From: Lenisia limosa
Lineage: Eukaryota; Protista; Breviatea
Length of the DNA: 37,639 bases
Assembly: GCA_001655205.1 (NCBI GenBank)
Contig: LPNZ01007440.1
Coordinates: forward strand, 1 to 37,639
Reading direction: 5' to 3'
Shown: positions 10,301-25,908 of the stretch, piece after piece
Position numbering within the stretch: position 1 is the first letter of the stretch
How the letters are laid out: each line of letters starts with the position of its first letter
Translations under genes and position numbers: made by a program
The notes under the pieces: model-generated
What the model was told of the DNA's origin: nothing
Seen by the model: only the letters and a program-made list of their open reading frames with translations
The model's database searches: none

Positions 10301-13133
10301 TCCAGGATTGTCTGATCTTTGATCAAGTGAGTTGAGATTTGTAATGTATCACAAAAATCCTCCTTTACCCCCTTACACTACAGGATACAAAGATGGAGAA
10401 GGGTAGAGAAAACGTGTTTTCACTTAGACCAGTAGGGGGTATTTATTACCATATTTATCTGATCGAAATATCATCAAGTCATCAAGTCTTTGTTTTTACC
10501 GTAGGGAAGCTATATTTACATCGCAGGCGAACTACCACAAACTAAAGGACTACATGCTTTGTCCTGAAACTGCGGGCGAAAGAGTTGATTGGATTAACTC
10601 GCTCAAAGACAAAATTGACGAACTTGCAAGTCTCAAATCGGCAGAATCGGTAGGAGTACGGGCACATATTATTACTGTATGTACATCGGCATTTTTTCAA
10701 TTGATACTTACCATCAGGACACGCCGGTTGCCCCGGGTACCGGAGCCGTTCGAGCCAGATCGTCCGAAGTGTTCAAGGAGGGCTGGCTGTTTAAGAGAAC
10801 TAAGGTTTGGCATTCATTTAGTTGGTGGCACTTACACCTTCAGAACTGGAAGAGAAGGTGGTTTGTCCTTAAGTCCAACTCGCTGGTGTATTATGAGGGT
10901 CCATCGGTAAGATATGTCATCTTAATTAAGAAATTTTGCACACTTATTTCTGGGATAGCACAGAAAGCTGATTGTACAGAGTTTTAAGACAAAATGATTG
11001 GGGGGGATAGTGTGGGTGGCTTCAGCAAGAGTTTTATTTTGTATTTCTACAAATGATATTCATTGTTCGTATAGCTTCATTTTTCTAATGTGGTAGACAA
11101 CCGACTCGTTGAAGGGGCTAATCCACTTCAAGGCCACCGCAATCGAGGACATTCCAAATGTGAGTCCGTTTTGGGAGGGATCAGAAAACAATGCATCGGT
11201 ATTAACGATACAGGACCATACTATGCCTGAAGCCCGTGGCAAGCCATATGTCTTTCGAATGCGCCCATCGACAAGTGAGATATCCTAATGGTATACTCTC
11301 TACTAACTATGCAGGTGGCAAGGACTACCTTATAGCTTGTTCAACACTTGGAGAGAAGGCCGAATGGCTGGAGGCTATCCAGCGACAAGTCGACATCGTC
11401 AACGGAAGAATACGTAGGCGGACATTCTGTGCTTACATACTACATATATCCATCAAGGACGTATTAAGAATGAGCCTATTATTTGGGCTAGAACATAATG
11501 CTGCCTGTTCTTCACAATTCAGTTCTNNNNNNNNNNNNNNNNNNNNNNNNNNNNNNNNNNNNNNNNNNNNNNNNNNNNNNNNNNNNNNNNNNNNNNNNNN
11601 NNNNNNNNNNNNNNNNNNNNNNNNNNNNNNNNNNNNNNNNNNNNNNNNNNNNNNNNNNNNNNNNNNNNNNNNNNNNNNNNNNNNNNTTGATCCTCTTTTT
11701 TTTTTTTTTGCTTTCGTTGTGACAACTTAACCTTTACCTCCAAGGGAGCAATAGCTGAATCCGTGCCGGACACTCCAACACAGGGGTCGCGTCGTGATGA
11801 GATATTAGATTCCCTTGTGCAGCCAAATGAAAACAAGGCTCGTGAAGTCTTCTTAGATGTGTGGAGGGGTACTCATGTTTCTATTTTGAGTGATGCTACT
11901 ACATACGGGCGTTACCTTTGTAGCTGCCATTAGAGTCGGTTGCTGAGTCAATGTGTCTACATGAACATCGCCTGTATACAGCGGTCGAACACTACGAGCT
12001 TGTCAACTTGGCTTGGTGAGAACCTGCGTTCTGAAGAAGCTTTTTTTTATCTGCCTATTGCTTACTCTTCCCAGGTGCAAAGAGAACCCTGGTGTCAACA
12101 CTGAGCCTATTTTGACTTTTATAAGCCGATTCAACACTGTGTCTACATGGTGGGCATTAGCTCTTATTGGGAGAAGCCTGAAATGATATGTATGTGCTTC
12201 TCACTTCTCCAGGGTTGTCACGAGTATTTTGGCAGCCGACAGGATCCGCGACCGTATTTGGGTTAAAGAAAAGTTCATCCAACTTGCTGAGCAGCTTGAG
12301 AAAAGGAACAACTTCTCAGCCCTCATGGCTGTTTTAGCCGGTCTCAATCACGCGGTTTGTGTTTTGCTCTTTTATGCTTCTTCTCAAGACAACGTGAGTG
12401 ACTTATTTACAGGCAGTATCTCGATTGAAGTTCACGCACAGGGAATTGAAAAAGAAGTCCCAGCAAGTATGTATTTTGTTGAAGTGGTTCTCACTTACCA
12501 ATCTAGTCTCTTCTTGATATGGAAGCGCTTATGTCACCCGAGGCGTCATATCGCCATTATCGTGCCAGACTGAAAATGGTTGGAGCCCTTAATACGACCT
12601 TTTAACTTCACAGATCCGAGCGCAGGCATTGCCGCATGTCCCCTATATTGGCGTTGACTTGTCCGACCTCACTTTCATCGATGAAGGTGAGGGAGGAGTT
12701 TTAGGACTGTTACTCATCTCCCAGGCAACAGCAGCAAAGTTGACGGCTTGATTAACTGGGACAAGAGACGGCTCATTCACCGGGTGATCACTGATCTGAA
12801 GGCAGGCATGAAGAGCACATATCAAATCAAGTTGGCTGGGTTTTGGAGGATCAACACAGAACCACGCCTTACCTAACCAGGGAAAACCTTGATGCAAAGG
12901 CGTTGATTGCTCTCACGCAGGTGTCGTCACAAAAGGGTGTATGTTGGGACCAAATCTGTAGCACTGCTGGTATACTAACCGTCAGAGAGATCACCAAATC
13001 TACATGTCTTTGATCTGTAAACCCGATAGGAAAGCTTACAATGTTGTCACTCGTTCAGATGACAGACGCCCAGTACTACAAGCTTTCTCTCAAATATGAG
13101 CCGAGGAAGGCAGATCGAGCGAGTATCTTGTGA
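4335..13133 (+). CDS. Large multi-exon Ras guanine-nucleotide exchange factor: helical N-terminus, acidic/Pro linker, REM, RA-like, PH, PH, CDC25
   Basis: REM: VRGGSLNKLIEAATS..DFVSELIITCRTFTTPQQLLNKLIQRY..VQLRTLSVIHVWL. RA-like: LRVICFDGSTKAVAI. PH1: QGWLWKK..WKKRYF..ERVDWINSL. PH2: KEGWLFKR..NWKRRWFVLKSNSLVYY..EKAEWLEAI. CDC25: KFIQLAEQLEKRNNFSALMAVLAGLN, PYIGVDLSDLTFIDEGN, INWDKRR, YYKLSLKYEPR, ending at TGA 13131-13133. The link between the N-terminal half and the GEF half crosses gaps 5023-5081 and 8157-8259, so it is less certain than the product call. Confidence 0.88.
7017..7243 (+). repeat. 32-bp minisatellite (7 copies) spanning an exon/intron donor
   Basis: TTTCTATTGCTATTG|GTATGCT(G/C)GGTAGTCT(A/T). 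GTATGC donors lie at 7032, 7064, 7096, 7128, 7160, 7192 and 7223 (one unit is 31 bp). Confidence 0.95.
10036..10109 (+). repeat. 38-bp intronic tandem duplication
   Basis: AGAAGGCAGTTTTGTCTTTGTATGATTGAGAG at 10036 and 10074, starting 13 nt after the donor at 10023 in the PH1 intron. Confidence 0.85.
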
Positions 13134-14026
13134 AGTGTATTTTGTGTTTAGTGGGTTAGGATGTTCTGTTCTTTTTGGTTTTTGTATTACTGTTTCCTAT
13201 TTCTTAATGTAACTCGTTTGGACGCTCAGCCAGTGGATGCTTCTTAAATGCAGCTTAATTTAATTGTTCCGAAAAATCGAAGTTTCAAAGCGTAAAAACC
13301 CCCACCCTATCCGACTGCTATCCGACGCATGGAAGGTGTCCATTGAAGGTGTGCACCGCCTTAGGAGTGCAAGGAAGCATGGAAGGTTTGTGGATTGGGA
13401 CAGGATTGGGAGGAAGGGAGGTGATAAAGAGGTCCTGGCTGGAAGCTCAGGCTCTCAGGCATTCTCGACAAAGGGGTGCTGCTGGCTGTAGGTATGCAAT
13501 TGCAATGTGCTCATGCAACTCGAAAGTAGCTTTTGTCTTTGAATATTGTCACCGGGGGGCAATAGACAAATGTACAAATATAGAGTGAATGATATATTAT
13601 ATTGGTGGGTTTCGTAGTGAAGTGGTATGGAGTATGGTGAAGAATACAATATTCAAGGAGCAGAGGCCCCTTGGTTTTTCTGGTTTTCTCAAGGTTCTTT
13701 CTGAGTTCTCTCTACTTTCTGCAGAAGGTTCGCTTTTTCCGCGACCCCTGCTGTTCAAAAGCAGCTGGGAGCTAGTTCCAAAATTATCCGAGCCCGAATT
13801 ATGTCTGAATTTTTGCCGTTTTCTAACCAGTTTCGAGCTTATCATCGATCTCTTATCAATATTTCTAAAAGCTTCTGACAGTAATTCAACAACGAGATAC
13901 TTAGATAATAACGAGAAAGGTTAAAAGAACTCCGAAAGTGCAAGCAACTGCACTTTTTGGGATGGATTTAGAGAGCTCTCTTTCAACAGCTTAGTGTGTA
14001 AAATTCCGAATAAGACGCATTCTGCA

Positions 14027-18089
<4,063 letters not shown>

Positions 18090-18321
18090 ATCCCTCTTCT
18101 TTAAGTTATTTCTATTCCATTTTTGCGTATTTTTTGAATCTAAGTGATTTGATGTTTCTTTTTTTTTTCTTTCTTATGTAAGTAAGTTGTGTGTAACTGT
18201 TTCATTCATCATGTGAATATATTTTATCCTGGGTTTGAATTGGTGTTCCGCGTTACCCCAAGATTTATTGGGACCTTTTTTTATTAGAGGGCCTGCAGGG
18301 GAAAACGGGACCTGACGGGAC

Positions 18322-18341
18322 TTGACCTGACTTGACTAGTT
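18322..18341 (+). promoter_or_regulatory. TTGAC(C/T) motif pair upstream of eIF4E
   Basis: TTGACC at 18322 and TTGACTAGTT at 18332, about 110 bp before the ATG. The same 10-mer occurs twice in the 35763-35953 array. Confidence 0.35.
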
Positions 18342-18445
18342 TTATATAAGTAGATTAATATATTATTTGCGAGAGCGCGAGAGTTATAATATATTATTGA
18401 AGAGAGGAAAACAGCAGGAAAATATTTTACTAAACTCCCTTTTCA

Positions 18446-19499
18446 ATGGCAGAAGTTACACATCCGCTTCCAAATACCTTCACCTTTACCTATCTGTATG
18501 TCTTGGGAATAATTTGGCTATCTAATTCAATACAGGAAAAAAATCAGAGGTCTGAGATCCAACTATGAGAGCCATATCGAGAATTTTGGTAGCTTTTCAA
18601 CGGTAAGCTTTACAAAATAAACGTCAATTCCTAACCACGTCTAGATTGAGCAGTTTTGGTCTGTGTACAGCCATATGATTCGTCCTAAGGACCTTCCTGG
18701 ATTTTGTGACCTACATTGCTTCCGAAAAGGAGTGAGACCGACTTGGGGTGAGCCGAATCAACTCTTTCTACTTATACTTTACTGCTCTCTCCCATCGCCT
18801 CATCACCCATCAAAATATCGCATAACCTCCTCGCCGTACTTTCTTCTTACAACTGCAATGTATAACTATGTATTAGAGGATGAGGAGAATAAATATGGCG
18901 GAAAATGGATTGTCCACCTCAAGAAAAACTCTCATGAGGTGTCAACGAAAATTTGGGAAGAAGTAGTGAGTGGGCTTGTCACTATGAACGTCAAGTCAAA
19001 GACATCAAACTTGTCTGTGCTCCTTTGATTTTCCTTGGGGTCCTGTGTTTTATCAGTGCATTCCATGAATCTTATAAAGCATCTTAGCTTCTTGCACTTG
19101 TCAGTGGGGCCTTTGGAGAAGACGACGAATTCTGTGGTTTTGTTCTTTCCTTGAGAGCGTCTGAAGATATCCTCAGCGTTTGGAATAAAAACTCAAAAGA
19201 CAAAAATGCTTGTTTCAGAATGAGGTGGGGTTAGTTTAGGGGTTGAAAAATAAGAGGAATACTTTTAATGGCTAATCTCCCCAGAAAAGCTTTGATCAAA
19301 TGTATACGATTACCAGAAGACTACACCTTAGAATACAAAGTTTGGGGGTGTCTATGCCCGACATTTCTAACAGAGATTGAATCATCTACATATATTGCTG
19401 AATTTGGCTGTTTTGTTGACCTTTCAGCCCCATGACAAGAGTATGAAGGATAAGACTTCCTTCGGCAACGCGTACCATGTCGAAAATAGAAAGTCATAG
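18446..19499 (+). CDS. EIF4E2: Class II eIF4E (4EHP/eIF4E2/nCBP-like) cap-binding protein, 7 exons
   Basis: MAEVTHPLPNTFTFTYL..NYESHI..TIEQFWSVYSHMIRP..FRKGVRPTWEDEENKYGGKW..KIWEEVLLALV..DILSVWNK..LEYKPHDKSMKDKTSFGNAYHVENRKS*. Tyr at the W56-equivalent position and the EYKxH..S.KD..SF.N tail are class II features. Confidence 0.9.
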
Positions 19500-19678
19500 T
19501 ATCGTAAATAAAATGAAAAAAGTAACTAACTTGCTTGATATGTTCACATCTTGCTATTCAGGTGCTCTACAGATTACAATCAGGTTTCTTGTGGTAATTA
19601 TTGCTAGTTCGTTAGCATGGGGGCAATTTTCATCCAGTTTTTTTAAGAGGAGCACATTGTGTACCGTTCCAGGATGTA

Positions 19679-19738
19679 GTCAATATGTCAGTATGTACAT
19701 ACTTAAGGTTGCCTCAATACGTACCCTGACATATGGAC
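19679..19738. other. Imperfect inverted repeat / hairpin about 180 nt downstream of the eIF4E stop
   Basis: GTCAATATGTCAG (19679-19691) pairs with CTGACATATGGAC (19726-19738) at 12/13, and the stem extends inward through TATGTA/TACGTA. Confidence 0.5.
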
Positions 19739-20057
19739 ATTTGTATGAACTCTTAGTGGCAGTTTGGTGGCAGTGGCAAGAGTAGTGGACAATTGGTGGA
19801 ATGGTGAAAACTTTGCCCCTGCCCATTCCCTTTTTTTAGGTGGGGCCCCACCCCCATGATAAAAACAATATGCGACAACTTTCGAAGCTCTCCCCTCTCT
19901 CAGCCCTCTCCTTGATCTTAATTCAAATTATTCAATTGTTTTGATGATATAAGTTAATTGAGAGCGAGAGAGACAGGATAACCCGTTCACCAATACAATA
20001 TAAAAGATATACTCCTGTCTTACACATCTTCCTTCATCACTGTTATTACTCATCAAG

Positions 20058-22519
20058 ATGAGGATGATTCAAACGGGGATTCTCATCTTTTTGGCTCTAT
20101 CTGTATCAGGTTTGCTGGACAGCTGAGGAAAACTGAAGATGACAGTTTTCAAATTTCCCCAAATTCAATTTTTTTTAATGTCAAGTGTTCTTTGTGCCCT
20201 TCCAAATCCCTTCATTTGTATAGGCGTTTTTGGAGGTATTATTCATGACTATCCCCCTATCCTCTGTGAAAGACCACTATTTGAGAACTACCCCAGCTTG
20301 GGAGAGGAGTTCTCTGTTCTCAGTGCTTCAATCGTCTTCAGGTATTTTTTGGGCTTTTCCTTCTTTTTTTTTTTTGCCCCTGCGCCGCGGGTGAAGAAGA
20401 GGGGGGGGGATATGAAAGCAAAAAAAACCCAGATATGTATTTTAACAGCAAGAAATGAGAAATCCAAGATATGTATTTTGCTCACTTAACAGCAATAAAT
20501 GAGAAACCCAAGATATGGATTATGCTCACTTAACAAAAATAAAGGAGAAAGATGGTCCCACCCTGACAATGTAGGCATGGTGACAGGCACCAGTACTACA
20601 GTCGAGAATGCTGGCCCAACGACAAGGCTGTGTATGCTGGTGTTCTATGTTGTGCGTTGCCGTCGGACCTTAACGCTTCAGGTTCAACTGCCAACAAACA
20701 CAGATGTCGGTTCCGTCCACGTTCTTTGACGATAATGATGGAAACGTTAACCGAGTCTTTAGGTCCGCTAGGGTTACAAGTCTTATGCTGGGGGTTGTTG
20801 GTTGACGGGTTTAGAGAGAAGCCAGTAGATCCTGAGCTTTTTGCTGGAAACTGTCAGTCTTCAGAGCTTACAGAGAAAGGGTATGTACATATAATCCCAT
20901 CAGGTCTTCCAGCTTACCATCCAGCTACAGGCAACGTGTAGCTAACGGACAGTACTTTCGTTCAGCCTACGACCACCTTCTGAAAGACTCCACTGAGAAT
21001 GTGGGTACATTTACAGGAAAGCATACAGATTTGAAGGTTATGTTATATACTGTATGTGTACATACTATATGTTTCTATGTATGTGTTTGTAGTATATAGT
21101 ATGTATGTATATCATATGTATCATTGCTATGTGTATAATATGTATGTCATTACTACTCATACAATTTGCAACATGATGATATTAGATTCACATTCGTTCT
21201 ACCAAGACCCCAAGAACGATTGCATCAGCTTCTGCCTTTGTTGAAGGCCTTGTAGGCGATTAATAGTGCAACATTGTAAGTGACGTGTTCAGTACCCCAG
21301 TGCAGGAATGGACAAGCACGAAGTTGCCATCCACACCAAGGACATGGCTGTTGACATTCTCGTACCCAATCCTGATCTTTGCCACGAGGTGTGTTAGTTA
21401 TCTGAATGTCACTTTTGATCTAGGTCGGAGTTTTCACGGAAGAGAATGCCAAGAAGAATCCCAAGTTCCTTGACTTTATGCAGACTGTCTACAGGCCTTT
21501 GACTGTATGAAGTGCATAAATTGACTTCAATTCAGACATGTCATGCCACTCCACTTAAATTTTATGTTGCAAAATTTGGCTTTAACCACATCAGCACTCT
21601 CTTGCAAGCAACATTGGCATGTCCATCAATGCAACAGACCCTGCTGTTGTTATGGATTGCTCCACTGCCCGGGTCTGTCATGGACAGCCAGTAGCTGACG
21701 GGCTCAATATCGACCTTATCATGCAGGTTGGACTTAATTCACCTTTCACTTCCAGGCACGTGATGCTGCGATTAAGTTCCGTCAAATTGAGGGAGAGTAT
21801 CCGAGCCCCGAGAGCGCGTCACGGATCCGTGTTGGATTCATGCACCAGGTTGGCTGGGAGGGACCTACTTAGTGAAGAATTTGATCCTGTATTAGCCAGA
21901 TTTCCAAATGGTGTTCTATAATGCAACGTGGCTAACGCTTTAGGCCTTTGTCAAAGCTCTGTTGTCCCCTATCACTGATCCGTCTTCTGTAAGCTCGTCG
22001 ATACTTGAAGCTCTTCTTTGTGCAAAACAAATAATTCTTCAGGTCCCCCGAGTGAATCTCTTCTCTGGCCACGATTTGACTATCGCAAACTACCTGATGG
22101 TATAGCGAATACGATGTTCTCGATCAATTGGCTGACGGGGTCTAGGGACTTGATGCCTTTGATGGGGTGTGGCCGCCTTATGCCTCAGTTATCTCCCTTG
22201 AACTCGTAGCGAGAAATGGACAAGACCTTCCCTCAGCCGACAATACCTTTGTCAGGCTCATGTACAACGAGTATGAATGATGTCATGAATGAAACTTGCC
22301 TTGCCTTGTGATATTTTAGCCAAATTCTCTCTCTCCCTGGATGTGATGTTCTCTGCCCCACTAAATCTTTCCTCAACCTCACCAAGGTATGTGCCTTGAT
22401 TTCTGCTGCGAAACCCCCCACTTTGCCTCACCAATCAGAACCTGTTATCTGCAGATGTTAAATCAGATTGCAATAACCCAGATCCTTTTGCCACTTTCAA
22501 GTCAAAATTCGATATTTAA
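20058..22519 (+). CDS. Secreted/lysosomal histidine acid phosphatase (branch 2)
   Basis: Signal peptide MRMIQTGILIFLALSVSG. The catalytic motif IVFR|HGDRHQ is split by intron 20342-20574. Further conserved blocks are IHIRSTKTPRTIASASAFVEGL, NLFSGHDLTI (HD motif), GVWPPYASVISLEL and FVRLMYNG, ending ..FKSKFDI*. Confidence 0.92.
20444..20551 (+). repeat. 44-bp intronic tandem repeat (~2.4 copies)
   Basis: AACAGCAA(G/T)AAATGAGAAA(T/C)CCAAGATATG(T/G)ATT(T/A)TGCTCACTT units start at 20444, 20488 and 20532. Confidence 0.85.
21041..21150. repeat. Degenerate (TATG/TA)n microsatellite in a phosphatase intron
   Basis: Run of TATGTA/GTAT units directly after a donor. Confidence 0.7.
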
Positions 22520-22820
22520 CTTGCCAGTGGCTCTTATGCATTATTATGTGGTCAATATGTGGTATTCTGCCGCTGTGGTACAATAGAATAGTACATTAAT
22601 TTTGAAGTGTCTTATATTTTGAACATTAATGATTAATAATACAAAGGCAAATATTTTGTTTTTCAAAAAGAAGCAAAAGTTGGCCAAATAATACATATTT
22701 TTGACAACGCGTTTTTTTTTTTTTTTTTTAACAGTACNNNNNNNNNNNNNNNNATATACACTAGTTTCAAAAAATCCCATTTTCTAGAAGGTTAAAACAC
22801 AAATGCGAATTCAAAAACGG

Positions 22821-23934
22821 CTAAGCAAAGTTCTCTTCATTGCTATCGAAATGTTGAACAACTCTGGTCCCAATAGCCATTGGTGGGAGTTTTCGGTCAA
22901 GCACCATGGGTATAAGAACATTCCTGTGACATGGAATTCTTTTCCAAATCAAAGTTGTGCTCGTGGTGTTTTGTGTTTCATTCCAAAATATATTTGTGAA
23001 ATAAACTCATCCCTTTTTTTTTTTTTTTTTTTTTNNNNNNNNNNNNNNNNNNNNNNNNNNNNNNNNNNNNTCTGCTAAAATGGCACCATTAGGGGCTGCC
23101 TTTTGACCTGTTTGGTAACTTCCAAATAGTCAATATGAACGGGATCAAAGCAACAGAAGTTTGCCTAGCTTATAGGTCGCAGCACACTGGATAGTAGGCC
23201 CCAACATTGAGTACTGCGGTACAACAACCACTGCAAGCCCTCCCCACTCAGTAAGCTAGTTTGGTGCGGTTCAAACACTATGTGAGCTAAACAGTTAATG
23301 ATACTCATAAACGGATCCAGTTCATCAAATACCTCTGCCAAAGTCAAGACACTATTTTTGAAATTTGAGACAAACCAGCACTTAGGAATCCGATGACAAA
23401 AAGGAGAGAATGAGAAGGACTCGCATGCTCCTCCTTGACCTCGTCTTTTGGTCTTTTGAGCTTCAGTCCACAAGAGAGGCCGCAGAGAGAGGAACACAAA
23501 TGAGCTAATTTGGTTAACTTGGTGTTCAGTGTAAACAAAAAGGGGGTTATTTCGTTATTTCGGTTATTGTAAAAAAAGCGGTGTCTTGATCTTCAACTTC
23601 TCTATAAGGTTAGTTTGACTGGGATACAACCACTGAATGGCATCTGCTTATTCTACCCTCTACTGTTAGACTTTATAACAAAATAGAAGTATTGTGCAAT
23701 ACCTTGCAGGTTCCAGCCACATTCCATCTGTTTTCCAATGGCAAAATTTGGCAAACATGAACAATCGCCACCGTAAATAACCAGTCCCCAGAAGAATCTG
23801 CTTGATTGGCATTAATTTTTCTTATGTTTTTTATTATTATTTATGTATTATAGTATTAATATTGGTAGTTAATAATTATTTAAGAGAAGTTATCAAACTA
23901 GTTCTAAAGAATAACGAGTAACAAAATCAGTCAT
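22821..23934 (-). CDS. Putative multi-exon orphan protein (exon phases unresolved)
   Basis: Coding-like minus-strand blocks (LAEVFDELDPFMSIINCLAHIVFEPHQ; ..LIWKRIPCHRNVLIPMVLDRKLPPMAIGTRVVQHFDSNEENFA*) with branch/acceptor signals, divergent from the PAM2 gene. I could not join all exons in frame. Confidence 0.35.
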
Positions 23935-24098
23935 TTTTTAATTTAGCTTTTGAATGTAGTTTTGAATGCTGTTTTGCGCCATATTTTTTCTCTTAACTTC
24001 AATAAGATTCATTATATAATATATGTGTAGAAACTATAAAATCCTAAAGAGGTGCTGAACGGCGAAACGACCCATACTATATCATATTCCATTAAAGA

Positions 24099-25817
24099 AT
24101 GGACCCTATTGACCTTGCTAGGCGGCTTGGTGTTGCACCAACTCAGCAAACAGTTGTTGTACAAGACGCGAAGCCATCAGTGTCTTCCTCCGGCCTGAGC
24201 ACCAGTTCATCTTCATTCCAACCAAAAAACAAAAGTACAGCCGACCGCATCGGAAGCTTTAGTGCCCTTGAATCAAATCAAGTAAGCAGAGTATATATAT
24301 ATATTGAGGCCTTTCGGCGAGCTTCCTAGTCAGATTTCTCCTGTCTGTCAATTCCTCTAATTACTGCCTGCGATAATGATAAGAAAAAACTAAGTTTTTG
24401 CCTCTTCTTTTTCATAGACATTGCGTTTTCCCACTACTGTTTTTTTGAGATGCATCATTTGGGATTTCTTTTATCTTGACAGTCCTCTGAGGAGAAGAGG
24501 CGGGCACTGAAAGAGAAGCTAGCCAACGCCAAAATTAAAGCGGCGTCACCTGTCAATGGCAAACCTGCCTCCACAACATCTTCACCATTCAACACCAACG
24601 CCAAGCCCTTTGTTCCCAAACCGGCCACATCCCCGTCCTCCTCAGCCTTCAACACCCCCCAGAAAGACACATCTTGGTCCATCACCCCTAATGCCGCTGA
24701 GACCCAGAGCCCAAGTCCTCCGACTCAAGATACCCAGCCGCTGGTGGGTGATAGTATTTGGGGAAAAGCATTTTTTTTAAAAAAAATGATTGTTTCTTAA
24801 CTCTAGAAAAAATTTCATTCTGGATGAGGGATTCAACATTTTTTATATTTGAGGAAATTAACATGATAACACCACAGCTTGATGAGGCGCGCATCCGTGC
24901 CATTTGTGAGGTCACCCAGTTTGCTACAAGGCAAAGAACAGGAGCAAGTGGGTAATTTATCCTTAGTTGCAGTTCTTACATTCAAGGTACAAAGCACGTT
25001 GATAGTATGCCTATTGTGAAGGGTGATATCAGCGATATTCTGTCAAAGGAATCAGAAAGTCTACAAACACTTTCAACTGAGGAGTGGATTCTGCTTGCTT
25101 CTTGTGCGCGCCAAAAGCAGACCAAAGGTGTGTCCGAGGCTGCAGTCATTGAACGCACATTGGACACTCTCCTTGACAACCCTAAGGCTATGAATGAATC
25201 TCTGATCCAGGTCTGAAGGGATTCTTGAAATTGTTTCTCAGAGTATTAAATTTTGATCTGCAGCTATGATGTTCAGCATGAATACTCTGACAATTTAGGT
25301 GTGTGCATTGCAGAATGCTGCTGAGAAATGGGGCAAGATCGCTGAGCAATGGGAGAAGCAGGAGGAATCTGATGACGTCACGGTACCTCGTCTCGATGTG
25401 GGTTCTTGTTCTTGCCTTCATACAAGTGTTTCTCGTCACCAAAACAGCTGTTGAAAACCTACCGAAAGGCCATGCTGGTGAAGGCTCAACGGGACGAAGC
25501 CAACAAGATCCAGGAAGACACCAACAAACAGTATCAAGCTATGGACCAGAAGGTCCTCACACTAAAGGTACACTCTTGGAAATGGGCTCACTGTTTCAGG
25601 CACAAGGAGACATTAGCACTTTGGAGTGGCCTTTGATTTTGGATACCCTCAAAATCAAGCAGGTTGCAATTAGCCAAACGTGAGTTAAATTATACGCTGA
25701 ACAATTCTCTAACTTATTAGACCCGAAAACGTTCAAATGAAGGACTTGGATAAAATTGCGAATTCCTACGACAAGGTGGCAATTATGAGGGCCATCTTCG
25801 CCATCAGAGGCTATTAA
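24099..25817 (+). CDS. PAM2-motif (PABP-interacting) protein with a helical, possibly SANT/Myb-like C-terminal region
   Basis: ATG 24099 (MDPIDLARRL). A Ser/Pro-rich region contains SPFNTNAKPFVP (24582-24617), which fits the PAM2 consensus. Spliced exons continue to ..KVAIMRAIFAIRGY* at TAA 25815-25817. Confidence 0.75.
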
Positions 25818-25908
25818 GTCTATGTACAGTATTGTACCACATCGTTAAAGTTGGACGTACCTGAAACATGTATCAAAACTTTGGAAACGGATAAATAACA
25901 ACAAGAAA

